NCBI RefSeq assembly: GCF_001447785.1
Contig: NW_015169783.1
Coordinates: 1,197,502-1,261,501, forward strand
DNA: 64,000 nucleotides
Direction: 5' to 3'
Source of the DNA: Gekko japonicus
Lineage: Eukaryota
In this document: positions 1-13,708 of the stretch, in pieces
Position numbering within the stretch: the first letter of the stretch is position 1
Layout of the letters: the number at the start of each line of letters is the position of its first letter
The notes under the pieces: generated by a model
Seen by the model: the letters and a program-made list of their open reading frames with translations, nothing else
The model's database searches: none
What the model was told of the DNA's origin: nothing
Program-made: the position numbers and the translations under genes

Positions 1-11
1 ATTTAAAAATA

Positions 12-296
12 GAAGAAGACGAAGAAGAGATTGGATTTATACCCCGCCCTTCACTACCCAAAGGTGTCTCAGAGCGGCTTACAAACTCCTTCCCCTCCCC
101 ACAACAGACACCCTTGTGAGGGAGGTGGGGCTGAGAGAGCTCTTGACAGAAACTGCTCTTTTTCAAGAACAGCTCTTATCAGAGCTGCGGCTTGCCCAAG
201 GTCATCCAGCCAGGTGCAAGTGGAGGAGTGGGGAATCAAACCCGGTTCTCCCAAATTAGAGTCCGCGCACTTAACCACTACACCAAACTGGCTCTC
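12..296 (-). mobile_element. tRNA-derived SINE (Squam3-like)
   Basis: Minus strand begins GAGAGCCAGTTTGGTGTAGTGGTTAAG (A box), GGTTTGATTCC (B box); (CTT)n tail. Confidence 0.85.
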
Positions 297-3092
297 ATTT
301 CAGGCGCTCACATTTACTCCAAGAGTTATGACCTGGAAACATCTGATCTGAAATCGTAGCATCTCCATCTGCACCAATTACCCTGGCATTGTTATCCATG
401 TATTAAGAGAACCAAAATAAAAGTTACCATGCTTTCTGTGAAAGATGCACGGTGGTGGGTGGGTGTAAATATCCACTCCTCCCTCCCATAGTCCTTAGAG
501 TGGAATATGCAAAGTATTACTGAGGATGCACAGAATGCCTTTCATTTACCAAGCTCAACTCGCTCCCAACCATTGATCATTCGCCTTCAATAAAATGCTT
601 TGGAACCGGGGTGTGTGTGGAAAGAGCACTGTTTGAAGGATCAAGCTAACTTAAAAATAAACATGATCAAAAATATTTTTTTTGTTTATGGTGTACACAA
701 TAGCAAAAATTGAAAGATTAAAAACTAGCAGCCTGAATGTCAGACTTCACAGAACATCAACAGCATATGCCTGAAATAAGGTTCATACAGAAGCAAATAT
801 ATACATACTGAATCCAGGTGTTGCTTTCTCATATGCTGTGCGGTAGCTGTAAATTTATGGCATAGGCCATGGATAACTTCTCACGGTGACTGCCCATGCA
901 CAACAAAATCTTTGATGATACAATAATCTGGTATGAAACTTCCCAAATGATGTGCATGACATCAACCAAGAATTACAATACAGTCCACTGCCTTTCTTCT
1001 CTCTTTGCATCCTTCAGCAATGCAGTCAGCCGAACCTGGGAGTTGCAAAGGGACTTTCCCTCCCTGCAGACTGCTTGGCAACTCTTTGTCTAGGCAGGAA
1101 AAAGGAGGCGGCTGAGGGAAGCTCTCTCACTCCCCTTCTGCTGCCCCCGCCCCATCCTTTACATAATGGACTCTGTATAACCCAGCCCATAATCCAGCCA
1201 CCGGCTTCTCGGATAGCCAAGTCTTTCCCTCCATCCTGGGGATTTCCCCACTCTCTGCTTTGAGGCAATACTGGAAATTTGCAACACAGACTGAAGTCCC
1301 CCTCATTGCAGAGTCCAGTCAAGATCCACCACCATGGGCGGCAGGAGCCATTTCAGCTACTCTGGGACAGCCTTCCTGCCTTGGCTCCACTTGTTTTGCT
1401 TTGCCTTGGCAGAAGAAGGGATTCCTGCGTCACCCTCATCAGCTGAATTCCTTCACCTAGCTAAACAATGCAGGGTGGAAGAAGGGGGGGGGGAGCGCTA
1501 AACTCTCCCAGGGCCACCGGGGAATCCCCTTGACAGGGAGAGGCATATATCTGGATCCAAAGTACATACAGCTACTGCTGATCAGTGGTCTTGTCCTTCC
1601 TGGACAGGGATCGTGACACCACGCAAACACCATAGTTCTTCTAGCAGCTGTGCCCATGGTCAACATGTGGATTACTTGGATTTTGTTTTAGCTGAACAGG
1701 CAACTAGAAACTCCTCAGCATGCCCCACAAGAATCGGTCTCTGATTCAAGAACAACCTGCTCTGTCTCAGAGAAGCCTGGCAGAGACTGCAAAAAGTTTT
1801 GAAAGCTTGGTTCCCTGAGCTGCTGGAATGCGGCTGAACGTTCTGCTCGAGCTCTGCCAATCTATGTCCAGGGCTTCAGCCTCACAAGTGCCACAGAATC
1901 TATGCAGTCATTGTTTATCTGGTATATTTAAGCAGGTTCACTACATTCTTCCCCACCCTTGGCCTCACCTTCCCCTTCAATGCCCAAGTCAGACTTGCCC
2001 AGCCTATGGGCTCCCACTGGTGCAAGAGGCTTCTCTTTGTTTGCAAACCAGGATTTGATGTGATTTGCCTTCTTTTCCCTTTGCCCCAACAGAGCCTAGA
2101 TACCCTTAACAGCAAAATGGCAATCAAAAATCTATCAAGGGCTCCTTTCCCCTTTATTGCACCTTCAAGTGTGTAAAGGGGGGGGGGGGGAATTTGCCAG
2201 AAGTCAGCAAGCTGTGGCTCAGAGGGAGAGCATTGGCATGTAGAAGGTCCCAGGTTCAATCCCTGGTCTCCAGCAAGGGTCAGGTCATAAGTGATGTGAA
2301 AGACCTCAGCCTAGGACCCTAGGAGTCTGGAATTACTTGGAACAGTTTTCTTTAACTAGAGCTAGTTTCAATCTTTTTGTAGAGAGCATTTTGCCAGCAA
2401 GATTCAGGACTGGCTTGCTCCTAATATAAACGCTTAAGTGGCATTAAGAGGTCTTAATAATATTTAATATTGCTAAAAATTATTCAGTTCCATTCAGCTT
2501 CGTGTTGTTTCTCATTTCAATAACCATGGTTTATTCCAGGATGATAACTCTGATGAAAATAAAATACTACTGAGGTCTGCAGAGAACATTTTGCCAGCCA
2601 AATTCAGAAGGCTTTTGCATCTGTTAAGAGAAAAGGTTAAGGACTGGCTTGCTCCCAGTATAAACACTGAATTGTAACAAGAGGCTGATAACTTTGAAGA
2701 CAATAGGAATCCTCCTGAGGAAGACTGACAAAACGAGCTTACATCCGGGTGCTCGTAGTGACATCATGAGGATGGACTTCTCTTTGTAATATTATTTACT
2801 TCTCTATAATGGGACATAAGATTTATCTATTGATTGTAAAATGTTTTACTAAATATGTTCGCCAGCACATCACAGTGTCTGTATTTTCATAGAGTTGGAA
2901 GGGACCTCCAGAGTCATCTAGTCCAACCCCCTGCACAATGCACGAAATCTCTCAAATAATTCCTCCCACACCCCCAGAGTCCCCTGTTCTATGCCCAGAA
3001 GATGGCAAAAAACCTCCAGGACCCCCAGCCAAACTGGCCTGGAGAAAAATTGTTTCCTGATCCCAAAGTGGCGATCAGCATTTCCTGGTGTA

Positions 3093-6000
3093 TGTTGTGT
3101 ACCCAGAGAAACCGCACATGCGGTCGGGTCCACACGTGGCCATGCAAATGGCCCAAGCTTCGCTTCCAGAGACAATAGCCCGAACGGATCCTATGGCCCT
3201 CTATTGAACGGCTTGGATCCGAGAATTGACCTATGGGACTTGGGTGCACTGTAAATATCCTAGCACGGGTGTGGGTGTGTGTTTGGGTGTGGTTTGCTAC
3301 GGAGATATAAGCCGGCCTCTGGCCCGGCTACTTCATCTCCGTTCTCCTATGTACGAATAAAGTATAAGCTGAAATCACTATGCTATGCCTCAGGCTCAGT
3401 ACTTTATACTGGCGATGAGGATAGGATCCCGTTGAGCGAGCCGGACTCTTCAAACAGCTGTGCCCCGAGCATCGTTCCTTCGGAAGTCACCTCACCCCAC
3501 ATTGCTCATGAGCAGCACTGCACCACACACTGCTCCCCAGGACATCACTCCCCACTTCACGTGAGAGTCATGGCTGTCACTCTGGGACACCTCAAAGTCT
3601 TCGACCCCACACACTCCGAGTTTTGGGAATCGTGGGTGGACCAGCTCACCAGCTAGTTCACCTACCATGAGGTCACCGACACAGTCAAGAAATGGGCCCT
3701 ACTCCTCAGCACATGTGGGGTGGCCACCATTCGCCTGGACAAGGGCCTCCTGGCTTCCAATAAGCTGACCAAGAACACATACGACAAGATCATCACAGCC
3801 CTCACAAAGTACTATGCGCCAAAGCCCACCAAGATGGCCAAGCGCATGGACTTCCAGGCGTACTTCCAGGCGTGCCTCCAGCGGCCCGGTGAAACGGCCC
3901 CTGCTTTCATGGCCGAACTCTGCCAGCAAGCGATGGACTGCGAGTTCCAGGATGTCGAGGACATCATCTTAACCCAATTCGATTGGGGCATCCGGGATGC
4001 CAAGCTTCGCCGCAAACTTGTAGGTACCACAGACCTCAAGTTAGAAGCAGCCCTACAGATGGCCACTGCATTTGAGGGCTCACACCGTGACCATTCACCA
4101 TCATCAACACACCACGTGTTCCCAGCTGCGGCGTCCGACAACTCGGAAGAAGAAGTCCTGCACGTTCGACAGCCCAGCTGCAGGAATCCACGACCCCCGT
4201 AGGGAGCAACAGCACATCCCGAGAAGCTGGCTACCCAAGCATCCTGTGCTAGCTGCGGGGACACACACGAGCGCAAGACATGCCGTTTCTGCGACACCGT
4301 CTGCCGAACATGTGGGAAGCAAGGCCACATCATCCGCGCCTGCCGATCCCGCGGCACCCGGAAGAAGACATCCACTCACCAGGAGGACCTGGATCTGCAT
4401 ACGCTGACCATCAACCAACACCAGGTAATGAATTTGCCCCCAGAAGCCCCTAACAAAATGCATGTTACTGTGTTAATAGAGGGGTCCTCCTGTAGAATGG
4501 AACTGGACACGGGCTTCTTGTTTTCCATAATCTCTGCAGAGACATTAAGTAAACTCTGCCCTGGGGGGGGGGGGGCTCCTAAAGCAGCCACAGGGTCTGT
4601 CCCTCCAGGACTTCCAGAAGAACCCCATGGCCATCAAGGCCTGGGGCAAATTCAGGGTACAATTCAGAGACTTTGATGGCCCTTTAGAATTGCTGGTGGT
4701 GGAAGGGAGACTCACATGCCTGCGGGAACTTGCGTGGTTTGGGCCCCTGGGATTTGCGGTGACGGGCATAAACGCCATACAGCCTCAGAACTTTAATTCG
4801 GTCTGTGAGGAGTTCCTGAGGGTCTTCGAGGGCACGCTTGGCCGCTACTCTGGCACCCCGGTTTTACTTGAACTTGATCCCACGGTGCGGCCCATCCGAA
4901 TGAAGGCCAGGCGGCCCCCGTTAGCATTGCGGCATTGTGGCCCAAGATAGAGTCCAAACTGGACCGCCTGGTGGAGCAGGGAGTGCTAGAACCGGTGCCA
5001 CATGCCCGCTGGAAAACCCCCATCGCCACCCCGGTGAAGCCTAATGGGGACGTCAGAATTTGTGCCGATTATAAGTGTACCATTAACAAGGCACTTCAAG
5101 ACCACGCGTACCCAGTACCGGTGGTCAGTCACGTGTTGATCTCCTTAGTGGGGGCAAGGGTTTTCGGTAAGCTGGACTTGGCCCAGGCCTATCAACAGCT
5201 GCCAGTGGACAACGCCACCGCAGAAGCCCAAACTATAGTAACCCACCGGGGGGCTTTCAGAGTGCGGCGGCTGCAATTTGGGGGTGTTTTTCAAAACATG
5301 ATGGATTGTCTCCTCAAAGGCATCCCAGGAGTCCAGCCGTTCTTCGACAACGTTTTAATTGCGGCTCCGGACAGTGCTCGAGCACTTTGACACTGCCGGC
5401 CTGAAGGTCAAACGGGAGAAATGCCTCCTGGGGGTGCCGCGGATAGAATTCTTGGGGTTTGCGGTAGATGCCCAAGGAATTCACCCTACGCAAGCCATCA
5501 GTCAAGTGCCCACACCCTCATCTAAGTTGAAGTTGCAGGCCTTCCTGGGACTTTAAAATTTTTATCACTCCTTTCTCCCCAACAAGGCCACCATCACTAA
5601 ACCTCTTCACAGACTCCTCGACACGCTCCATGGGTCTGGGGTCCTAAACACACTGCTGCCTTCTGGGTGGTAAATAACTGTTGGTACCCAAAGATGTCCT
5701 CGCCCACTTCAATGAGTCCCTGCCCGTGGTGTTAGCTCGCGACGCTTCTCCCTATGGGGTGGGGGCAGCCCTGGGGCACCGGCTGGCCGATGGCCGTGAG
5801 GTTCCCATGGCTTATTACTCCCGTACGCTGTTGGTAGCTGAGCGCAATTATGTACAAATAGACAAAGAGGCCCTTGCGATCGTGGCCGCTGTGAAAAAAT
5901 TTCACGACTACCTGTATGGCCGGGTCTTCATGATTGTTACCGACCACAAACCCCCTTGGGCCAGATTTTGTCTCCCCGGGTGCTGCGGTGGTCCATCTTC

Positions 6001-7658
6001 CTTGCAGGCTACCAGTACTCTCTGATCCACTGCCCTGGTAAGGCGATGGGCCACGCAGACACCCTGAGCCGCCTCCCGCTGCCTTCCTCTGACCCAGCGC
6101 ACCACATTGCCTTGCTGAAGGACCTGCCCTATCGCCCGGTTCAAGTGGGGGAGATCGCCTCCTCTCTGGGTCCTGGACTGGGTGGGAAGGGGGTGGCCTG
6201 CCGGCTCAGTGGGACCCAAGTTCTCGGCATTCTCGGGCCGCCGCGACAAGTTGTTCTCCCACAAAGGGTGCTTGTTGTGGGGAAGCCGGGTGGTGATACC
6301 GCCACCCCTGCAAGGGCGAGTACTCACCGCCCTACATGAACACCACCCAGGGATAGTCAGAATGAAAGCCTTGGCCCGGAGCGATGTATGGTAGCTGGGG
6401 TTGGACAGTGAGGTTGAGGATACTGTAAAGCGCTGCCAGATATGTCAAGAGTCACAGCCCGAGCTCCCGAAAGCACCAGTGTGACCATGGGAGTCGTCCC
6501 ACAAGCCGTGGGCAAGACTACTTTTGGACTTTGCCGGGCCCTTCCAGGGACAGATCTTCTTTATACTACTCGATGCTTACACAAAGTGGCTCGAGGTGAC
6601 ACCGGTCCCGTCAACCTCGTCCCGGTCAGCCATCCGCGCGATGTGGCGGATCTTTCGCTCCCACAGCATACCTGACTCTTTGGTAACTGACAATGGCACA
6701 CCTTTACCTCCACGGAGTTTCAGGAGTTCGTGCATTATGGTATATGGCACATACGTTCCACTCCCTTTCACCCCGCAACCAATGGCCAGGTGGAGCGCAT
6801 GGTATGGACTACGAAAGAGGCGCTGCGCCGCATGGACCGGGGGGGACTGGGACTACCAGCTGGCCGCCTTTCTATTCAGACAGCGCATGACACCTCACTC
6901 CACCACTGGCCGCAGTCCAGCGGAGCTGCTCATGGGACACCGCCTGACAACCCGGATGGACCGCCTCCATCCAGACTGAGCACCAGAACACAGCACAAGC
7001 TCCGAAGATCAGGGGGCCCTGCGAGGGTTCTTCCTGGAGGAACCCGTGTATGCCAGGAACTACGGCTAGGGTCCCACCTGGGTTCCGGCAAGAGTCGTCC
7101 AGGTGACCGGGCCCCTCTCATATAAAGTCCCCTGTGACGACGGCCAGCTGTAGAGGCGGCACATTGATCAACTGCATCGCCACATCCTACCCACGGCCCC
7201 GGAAGTATCAGATGATGACAACCCTTCTCCTGGGGAACCAGATGCTACCAATCCACCTCATCCAGGGACAAGCGATCTACCCAGGAGGACAGTGGCAACG
7301 TGGAACCAACAGGCAACCTGGAGCCCAGCAGCACACCAGCCCCGGCAGCGACCCCTGTGGCGGAGGTTCCTTCCCCGGAGCCGACAAGAACGGTGCCAGG
7401 GAGCCCAGCCCCAGAAGTCCGCCACTCCACGAGGGAGTGAAGGCATCCCACATACCTCAAAGACTATGTCAGCTAGGGGTAATTTGGACCGGGGGGGGAG
7501 GGGTGCTGTGTATCCAGAGAAACCGCACACCTGGTCGGGTCCGCACATGGCCATGCGAATGGCCCAAGCTTCGCTTCCAGAGACAATAGCTCGAACGGAT
7601 CCTAGGGTGCACCTATCGGATGGCTAGGATCCGAGAATTGACCTATGAGACTTGGGTG
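3093..7658 (+). mobile_element. Decayed Gypsy LTR retrotransposon (Mag-like)
   Basis: 5'LTR 3093-3408 (TGTTGTG...TTTATA); PBS TGGCGATGAGGATAGGAT at 3410 complementary to the tRNA-Ser(GCT) 3' end; gag from ~3570 with Cys/His knuckles; protease LDTG (~4500); RT (ICADYK, KLDLAQAY); RNase H (DASPYG, EALAI, TDHKP); integrase (DFAGPF, TDNG, NGQVER); G-rich PPT ending 7503; 3'LTR 7504-7658, truncated; multiple stops and frameshifts. Confidence 0.95.
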
Positions 7659-7804
7659 ATTGAGCACAAATAAATGTGCACGCACACACAAATACTCTTG
7701 AAAATAAAATTAAAAACTGATCATGTGCAGTATCCCTTACTCTTCCAATGCATCAGAAACATTGACCCTTTTCAATCAATGTATTATTCTTTATTTTACT
7801 TCTT

Positions 7805-8258
7805 GTATGGGTGTGAAAGATGGGACAATCAAGAAAGCTGGCAGGAAGAAAGTTGATTTGTCTGAGATGTGGTGTTGGAGGAGAGCTTTACAGATACCAT
7901 GGGCTGCCAAAAAGACAAATCAGTGAGTTCTAGATCAAATCAAGCCTGACGTCTCCCTAGAAGCTAAAATGGCCGTACTGGGGCCATCCTACCTTAGTCA
8001 CATTATGAGAAGACAAGAGTCACTGGAAAAGACAATAGTGCTAGGAAAAGTTGAGTTACTGGAAAAGACGACAATGCTACGAAAAGCTGAAGGCATCAGG
8101 AAAAGGGGCAGAGCCAACATGAGATGGATTGAGACTCAATCAAGGAAGCCACGACGCCCAGTGCAAGCAAGGCTGTCAACTACAGGGTATTTTGGAGGTC
8201 ATTAATTCATAGGGCCACTGTAAGTCAGAAGCAACTTGACGCTTTAACACACACACAC
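7805..8258 (+). mobile_element. 5'-truncated RTE-type LINE 3' end
   Basis: YGCE.W, EMWCWRR..QIPW, HIMRRQESLEKTI, RKRGR..MRWI remnants; (CA)n tail. Confidence 0.85.
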
Positions 8259-9557
8259 ATATTGGGGGGCGTTCCTGGAGGGGGCGGGGGCATCCCCGAC
8301 ATGATGACATCACATTGTGGACATCCCCCCCCCACCCAATCTTCCCGCGGCGCAGGCTCCCTGCACTTAAATGGGTCCCTTTAAGTGCAGAGAGCTGGCA
8401 TTCCCCCCCCCCCGCGCACCTGACAGAGATCGGGTTAAGTGCAGGAAAAGCTGGCTTCCTGCATTTAAAGGAGCTGGCATCCCCCCCGCGCGCCCCTCTC
8501 CCTCCTCTCTCTCAAGAGAGTTGGGAGAGGGGTGGCTGCGGGTGTTGGGGCTTGGGAGCAGGGCTTCCCTGGCAGCCAGCTGGCCGGCGGCGAGCAGAAG
8601 CCCCAAAAAAGCGGGGGACCCCTGCCAAACCGAGGGGTTTGGCAGCCCTATATGCACAGCACTGGGGAAATATGAAGGACCTTATTTTGAACAACACCAA
8701 GGCAGGCGAATTCATGAATCTGCTTTATTCAGAGCCAGCCTACTAGCCTACCATGGTCAATACTGTCTCCTGTGACTGGCAATGGCGTTCCAGGACTTCA
8801 GGCAGAGGTCTTTCGCGGCTCTGTTCTGCTTTGTGGAGTCAGTGGGAAACAGATACAAGGACGAATAGCAATGAAGCAGCATGCATCACTTACCCTGAAG
8901 ACCCCAGTTTTGCTGAAAGATCAGTGGGAGAAGATCTAGAGAGAGAAAGAAGCAGCATTAATATCTGTGGAGAGTAGGAAAACCCCAGCAACTTCCTGTT
9001 CCCAGGAAATCCCAACCCAAAAGTATCACACCTACCCCAGCTCTCCTCCAAGTCCCACTCCTCACCTACTCATGATGGGCAGGTGTCGCTCTACCCTTTG
9101 GCCTCTACAAAGTTATTACAGAACAGACTGCCAAACTCTGTACAGCGTGGGAGGGAGGGGAAGACTGATTTACTTATTTATATACTTATACCCTGCTTTT
9201 CTCAACAGTGGGGACCCAAAGCAGCTTACAACATTGTTCTCCCCTATTTTATCCTCACAACCACTCTCTGAAGTTAGTAAGGCTAAGAATGGACCAAGGT
9301 TACTCAGCAAGGTTCCACGGCAGAGTGGGGATTTATATTATTTTATGGTGTTTTAAATGGAAATACAAGACCGCATGTGCAGTATCATTTAGCACAAATA
9401 TAACTGATCTCTTTTCAGTGGAATTAAGTTTTCAGACTTAAGAGAACGTGCCCTGCTGAGACAGACCAAGGCAGTCACTAGGTGGTCTCCCAGCAGCCGC
9501 AGATTTACTTTCTTCCTATTCCCTGCTATAAAGAACATATGAATGACAATACCCCTC

Positions 9558-9800
9558 ATAAGAACATAAGGGAAGTCAATGTTGGATCAGGCCAATGGCC
9601 CATCCAGTCCAACACTCTGTCACATGGGGGCCAAAAATACCAAGTGCCATCAGGTGGTCCAGCAATGGGGCCAGGACACTAGAAGCCCTCCCACTGTTGC
9701 CCCTCCCAAGCACCAAGAATACAGAGCATCACTTGCCCTAGATCAAGAGTTCCTATCTATACCTTGTGGCTAATAGCCACTGATGGACCTCCGCTCCATA
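9558..9800 (-). mobile_element. CR1 LINE 3' fragment
   Basis: AAGAACATAAG...GGATCAGGCCAATGGCCCATCCAGTCCAAC; related copies at 18340-18660 (+), 37149-37250 (-), 40960-41235 (+), 42290-42585 (+). Confidence 0.75.
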
Positions 9801-10839
9801 AGAGACTGCACTGGACAGAAAAGAACAGAAGCAGAGTGGATAGGGTGGGGGTGTGTGTCAAATAATTGCCTAACCAATCCCATAACTAAGTCCCTCTAAA
9901 CCAACTGGTGGGTCACCCCAGCAGCAGCACCCCACCAACCTTAGGGGAAGGAAAGGCCTCAGGAAAAGACAGACAGAGACAGCAGCTCAATTCAGACATC
10001 CCATCAAACCCTGGTTTGAACTAACCATGGTTCAAAACACAAGCCATGGTTCAGAGGCAACAGCCTGCTCTCGTTTTCAACATCTTCTTCTTTCTAGCCT
10101 CCAGCTGCCATGGTCTCTAAAGCTGGAGCAATGGCCACAACCATGATTTGCCAAGTCAGATGTTCCACCAAACCCGAGCTGGTTTCTGAAACCACTGCAC
10201 GCCATGGTTTCAGATCCTGGTTTCCCAGCCAACTGCAAGGTGTCACTTCAGACATCATGCCATGGCCATAGTGAAGCCTCCCGGGCACGATGTCCGACCC
10301 ATTCCAGAAGGAAACAGGTCTAGGAAGCTGGATACTGTACAGTCGGGCACAGGCACAATTAACAGTGGATCCCTCTCAGGATTCATGTTGGTGTTAAAGA
10401 CAGGTAAGGAAAGTCTGAAGGCTGCTACCCCCAGACACAAGAGGAAATTTGACAAGTCCCTCCGGAGCCTGCTGTCATCCTGGGTCATGTCCATTTCCCT
10501 AAACCCAGCCACAGTCTGCCCCTTCAGCAATCAGAACTTGCTGCTTCTTCTTTCCAACAGACACAGCCCTGTTCCTTGGAGCCATGGATCTGGGCACTCC
10601 ATGCTCAAACAAATACCCCACCCTGAGAAAAGGTGATGTCTCCCACCCTGTCAATGAGGCCAAAGTGGGTTATTCACTCTGATTCCAGAAGCTACACCAG
10701 CAATTGGAAATCATATGCCCCCCCCTTACAGTCCCAGGCATATCTTTGCAACCATGAGAGCTAGAAACATTCTGCTACGTATAGCAGATGGGTAGCCATG
10801 TGAGTCTGGTACCAAGGCCTGCAACAAACCAAGATGCCA

Positions 10840-11480
10840 GCTTTGCTCTCATATAGATCCTGGCAACACCATCACTGGACCCAGCAACATCAGCCATACC
10901 GCCTCAGGTTCCTATTCCTCCTCATCCTCTAATGTGATTTATGCCACTGCGTGTCAGCAATGCCCTTCCACTCTCTACATTGCACAAACAGGCCAGCCCC
11001 TTCGACAAAGAATTAATGGACATAAGTCTGACATCAGAAACCAGAACATTTAAAAAAAAAAAAACAGTGGGGGAACATTTTAACCATCCAGGACATTCAG
11101 TTGCTGACCTAAAAGTAGCTGTTCTTACAAAGGAATTTCAAAAAGAGATTAGAAAGAGAGACTGCTGAATTGTAACTGATAACGAAGCTCAAGACAATGC
11201 ATCCACCTGGACTGAATCGAGACCTAGGTTTCCTGTCTCATTACCAATGCTGATTTCTCCACCCCTACTACCTCTCTGCATATCAAACCTTCTATTGTCA
11301 GTTGCCTGCTAATGTCATTTGGCATCTCAAATCACTCCACTTTGCGATATGTAGGACAGGTGGGCTCACATTCTAGCTGTATCTGAAGAACTGAGCAGTG
11401 ACTCACGAAAGCTCATACCTTACCACAAATTTTGTTAGTCTTTAAGTTGCTCCTGGACTGTTACTCTTTTCTTCTGCTAT
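10840..11480 (+). mobile_element. Penelope-like element fragment (GIY-YIG remnant plus 3' repeat with hammerhead motif)
   Basis: NVIYA..CQQCP..LYI.QT..LRQRINGHKSDI; VGEHFNHPGHSVADLKVAVL; terminal repeat with CTGAAGA...GAAAGC. Confidence 0.85.
11379..11418 (+). ncRNA. Minimal type I hammerhead ribozyme motif (Penelope-associated)
   Basis: gtat-CTGAAGA-a-ctgag cagtga ctcac-GAAA-gctc-atac. Confidence 0.6.
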
Positions 11481-11689
11481 GTATGTTTAAGAAGGGTTCA
11501 AGATGGCAACCTGCTGCTTTGAAACACATGTTTATTGCACCTCTCCTCTTAAGAGGCTGCAGCCCAGCCATGCTACAGATGCAAACGGAGAAGCTATTTA
11601 TGTATTGCTTTTTATTCCACCCTTCCTTGTAGGAACTCAGGGCAGCATATATGGCTCTCACCTCCTCCAGTCTACCCTGACTTCAACCC

Positions 11690-12075
11690 TGTGAGGTAGG
11701 TTAGGGTGACCCAAGGTCTCCCAATGATCTTCATGTCTGAGCAAGGATCCGAGCCTGGGTCTCCCTAGTCCAACACTCTAACCAATATACACAGCACTGG
11801 CTTTCTTTAGAAAGGGTCTATCCCAAGCCAAGGAAACAGTTCAGATTCATAGTGTAGTGTAGTGGTTAGAGTGTCAGACAAGGATCTGGGAGACCCAGGT
11901 TCGAATCTCCCCTCTGCCATGGAAGTCTGCTAGGTAAACTTGGTCCAGTCACACGGGCTCAGTCCAACATCCCTTAGAGGGCTGTTGTGAGGATAAAATG
12001 GAGGAGAGGAGAATTATGGAAGCCACCCTGGGTCCCCACTGGGGAGAAAGATGAAGTATAAATGAAGTAAATACA
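11690..12075. mobile_element. Two older Squam3/MIR-like SINE copies in head-to-head orientation
   Basis: Minus copy ending ~11805; plus copy starting TGTAGTGGTTAGAGTGTCAGAC ~11857 with GGTTCGAATC B box. Confidence 0.65.
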
Positions 12076-12589
12076 AAATACCAATATCAGAGATAGCCCA
12101 AACATAGAGGGGTTCTGCAGTCCTGTACATCTCTGCTGCAAACTGCAGAAATGTGGGACCAAGACAAACTGGAGGGAGTTACTCTTGTGTTAGCAGTGGG
12201 ATTTGCAGGAGGACGGTCCTTGGTCTGGCTGGATTTTGTCCTAACACATCGATCAGCATCACTCCAGAGAGGAGATGACCCCCATCAGTCTCTGGTCCAA
12301 GCCTGCTAATTCCCCAACAGCAAGCAAATCCTCAGGTGAATCTAAGTTTATAGATGCTGCACCTTGTCTCACCTGTGCTCATTCACTAACCTGATGCCGT
12401 AGAAAGGACAGGCCAACTCACAGCCAGGGTGGGGTACATGGCTGCTGAAACAGCATCTCTTAAGTAACACCAGGAAGAAGACATCAAATGCTGGCCTACT
12501 ACACTTGGGGCTGTGGTTATGCCACAATTCCACAGGAGTACAAAAAGAACTCAGAAGGTGGTATTAGGTGCCAAATTAAGCTTCCTGAG

Positions 12590-12810
12590 AAGTAAAGCTT
12601 CATTAATACTGAGAAACCTGTAAGAGAACACTTCAACCTTTCAGGACATTCAGTGGGGGACCTCAAAGTAGCTGTTTTACTGTGAAGAAATGTCAGAAAG
12701 AGAGTAGAACGGGAGATTGCTGAGTTACAAATTATTACAACACTCAGGACAATGGAACCCCCAGAGCTTAACAGAGATATTGGGTTTCTTATCTCACTAC
12801 ACATGCTAAC
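12590..12810 (+). mobile_element. Penelope-like GIY-YIG fragment
   Basis: EKPVREHFNLSGHSVGDLKVAVL...REIAELQII..L.TM.PP.LNRD.GFLSHY; paralogous to 11060-11250. Confidence 0.75.
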
Positions 12811-13392
12811 ATCATTCAGTTCTTGCATGTGTTTGTAAACTCTTTTATTATGCTATATGATAATTTGCTGCTATTCACAGGTTTTACCAATTGCCTCCAT
12901 CCAGTCTTAGCTGTATTTATTGCTCAGTTACTTATGCATCTTGACTCTAGCTGGCCCAACAAGCATGGCTGCTTGAATGCATATGAGCCATGTCCACTAA
13001 GATCACCTGGAAAGGAGGCTAGAAGATTTCCAGTAGCAGAGACTGGGGACTTCAAAGCACTGCATAATTCCCTCGCCCCACTCCCGGACAAGGAGCACCA
13101 CTACAATACATTATGAAAAGTAGTCAACACCAGGGGATCAGGCCCATTTCTATAGACATCTATGCCAGATTTAGCTTTTCTTGATCAAAAACCTGGATGC
13201 TCTTGGAACAGAATTTTTCATATACTCAGCTTACAGAACTCTTTCTCCCCACTGATCCTTGGCAAGGTGATGAGTGAGGCTCTCTGGCAGTTATAATATG
13301 TGATCTGTGCTGCTACTTTAAAATCATTTACATTTCATTTCTGCTATCTTGAGCATCTTCAGTGGAGTGGGCAGAACAGAAATGGTTGAAGT

Positions 13393-13708
13393 CAGGGGTC
13401 ATTTCGTAGAAAAAGAGGTGCAGGAGCTCATTAGCATAACTCATTAACATAACTTATTTGCATATGCCCCCACCCCCCCCCCCGACATCACCGGAAGTGT
13501 GTAAGAAGGCAACACCCACTGCTCAGGCTCCACTGGATTGTTTTGGATTGCTAGCTAGTGGGGGCGGGCTCTGCAGCTTACCTGGCTGCTTCTTGCTCTG
13601 ATTGAGGGCTGCTGGGAGCAGGGGGCGGGGCTTGTTGCATGCGCCCGCCCCTGGGCTCTTTACTGCCGGAGCTCCGCTCCTGTGCGCTCCTGCAGGAAAT
13701 GACCCCTG
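13393..13708. mobile_element. hAT MITE family B
   Basis: TIR CAGGGGTCATTTC / GAAATGACCCCTG; 8-bp TSD gttgaagt. Confidence 0.9.

Noticed and set aside
12-296. tRNA-like A/B boxes and repeated similar ORFs (also at 44520, 55034, 57255)
   Set aside because: tRNA-derived SINE heads, not tRNA genes or proteins.
2705-2750. CTGAGGA...AAAAC hammerhead-like string (similar on minus strand at ~44870-44900)
   Set aside because: Core incomplete (no proper GAAA, or CAGA instead of CTGA) and stems unconvincing.
10094-10700. ORFs of 64-124 aa as possible RELA exons
   Set aside because: No Rel-homology motifs; partly resembles decayed LINE sequence.
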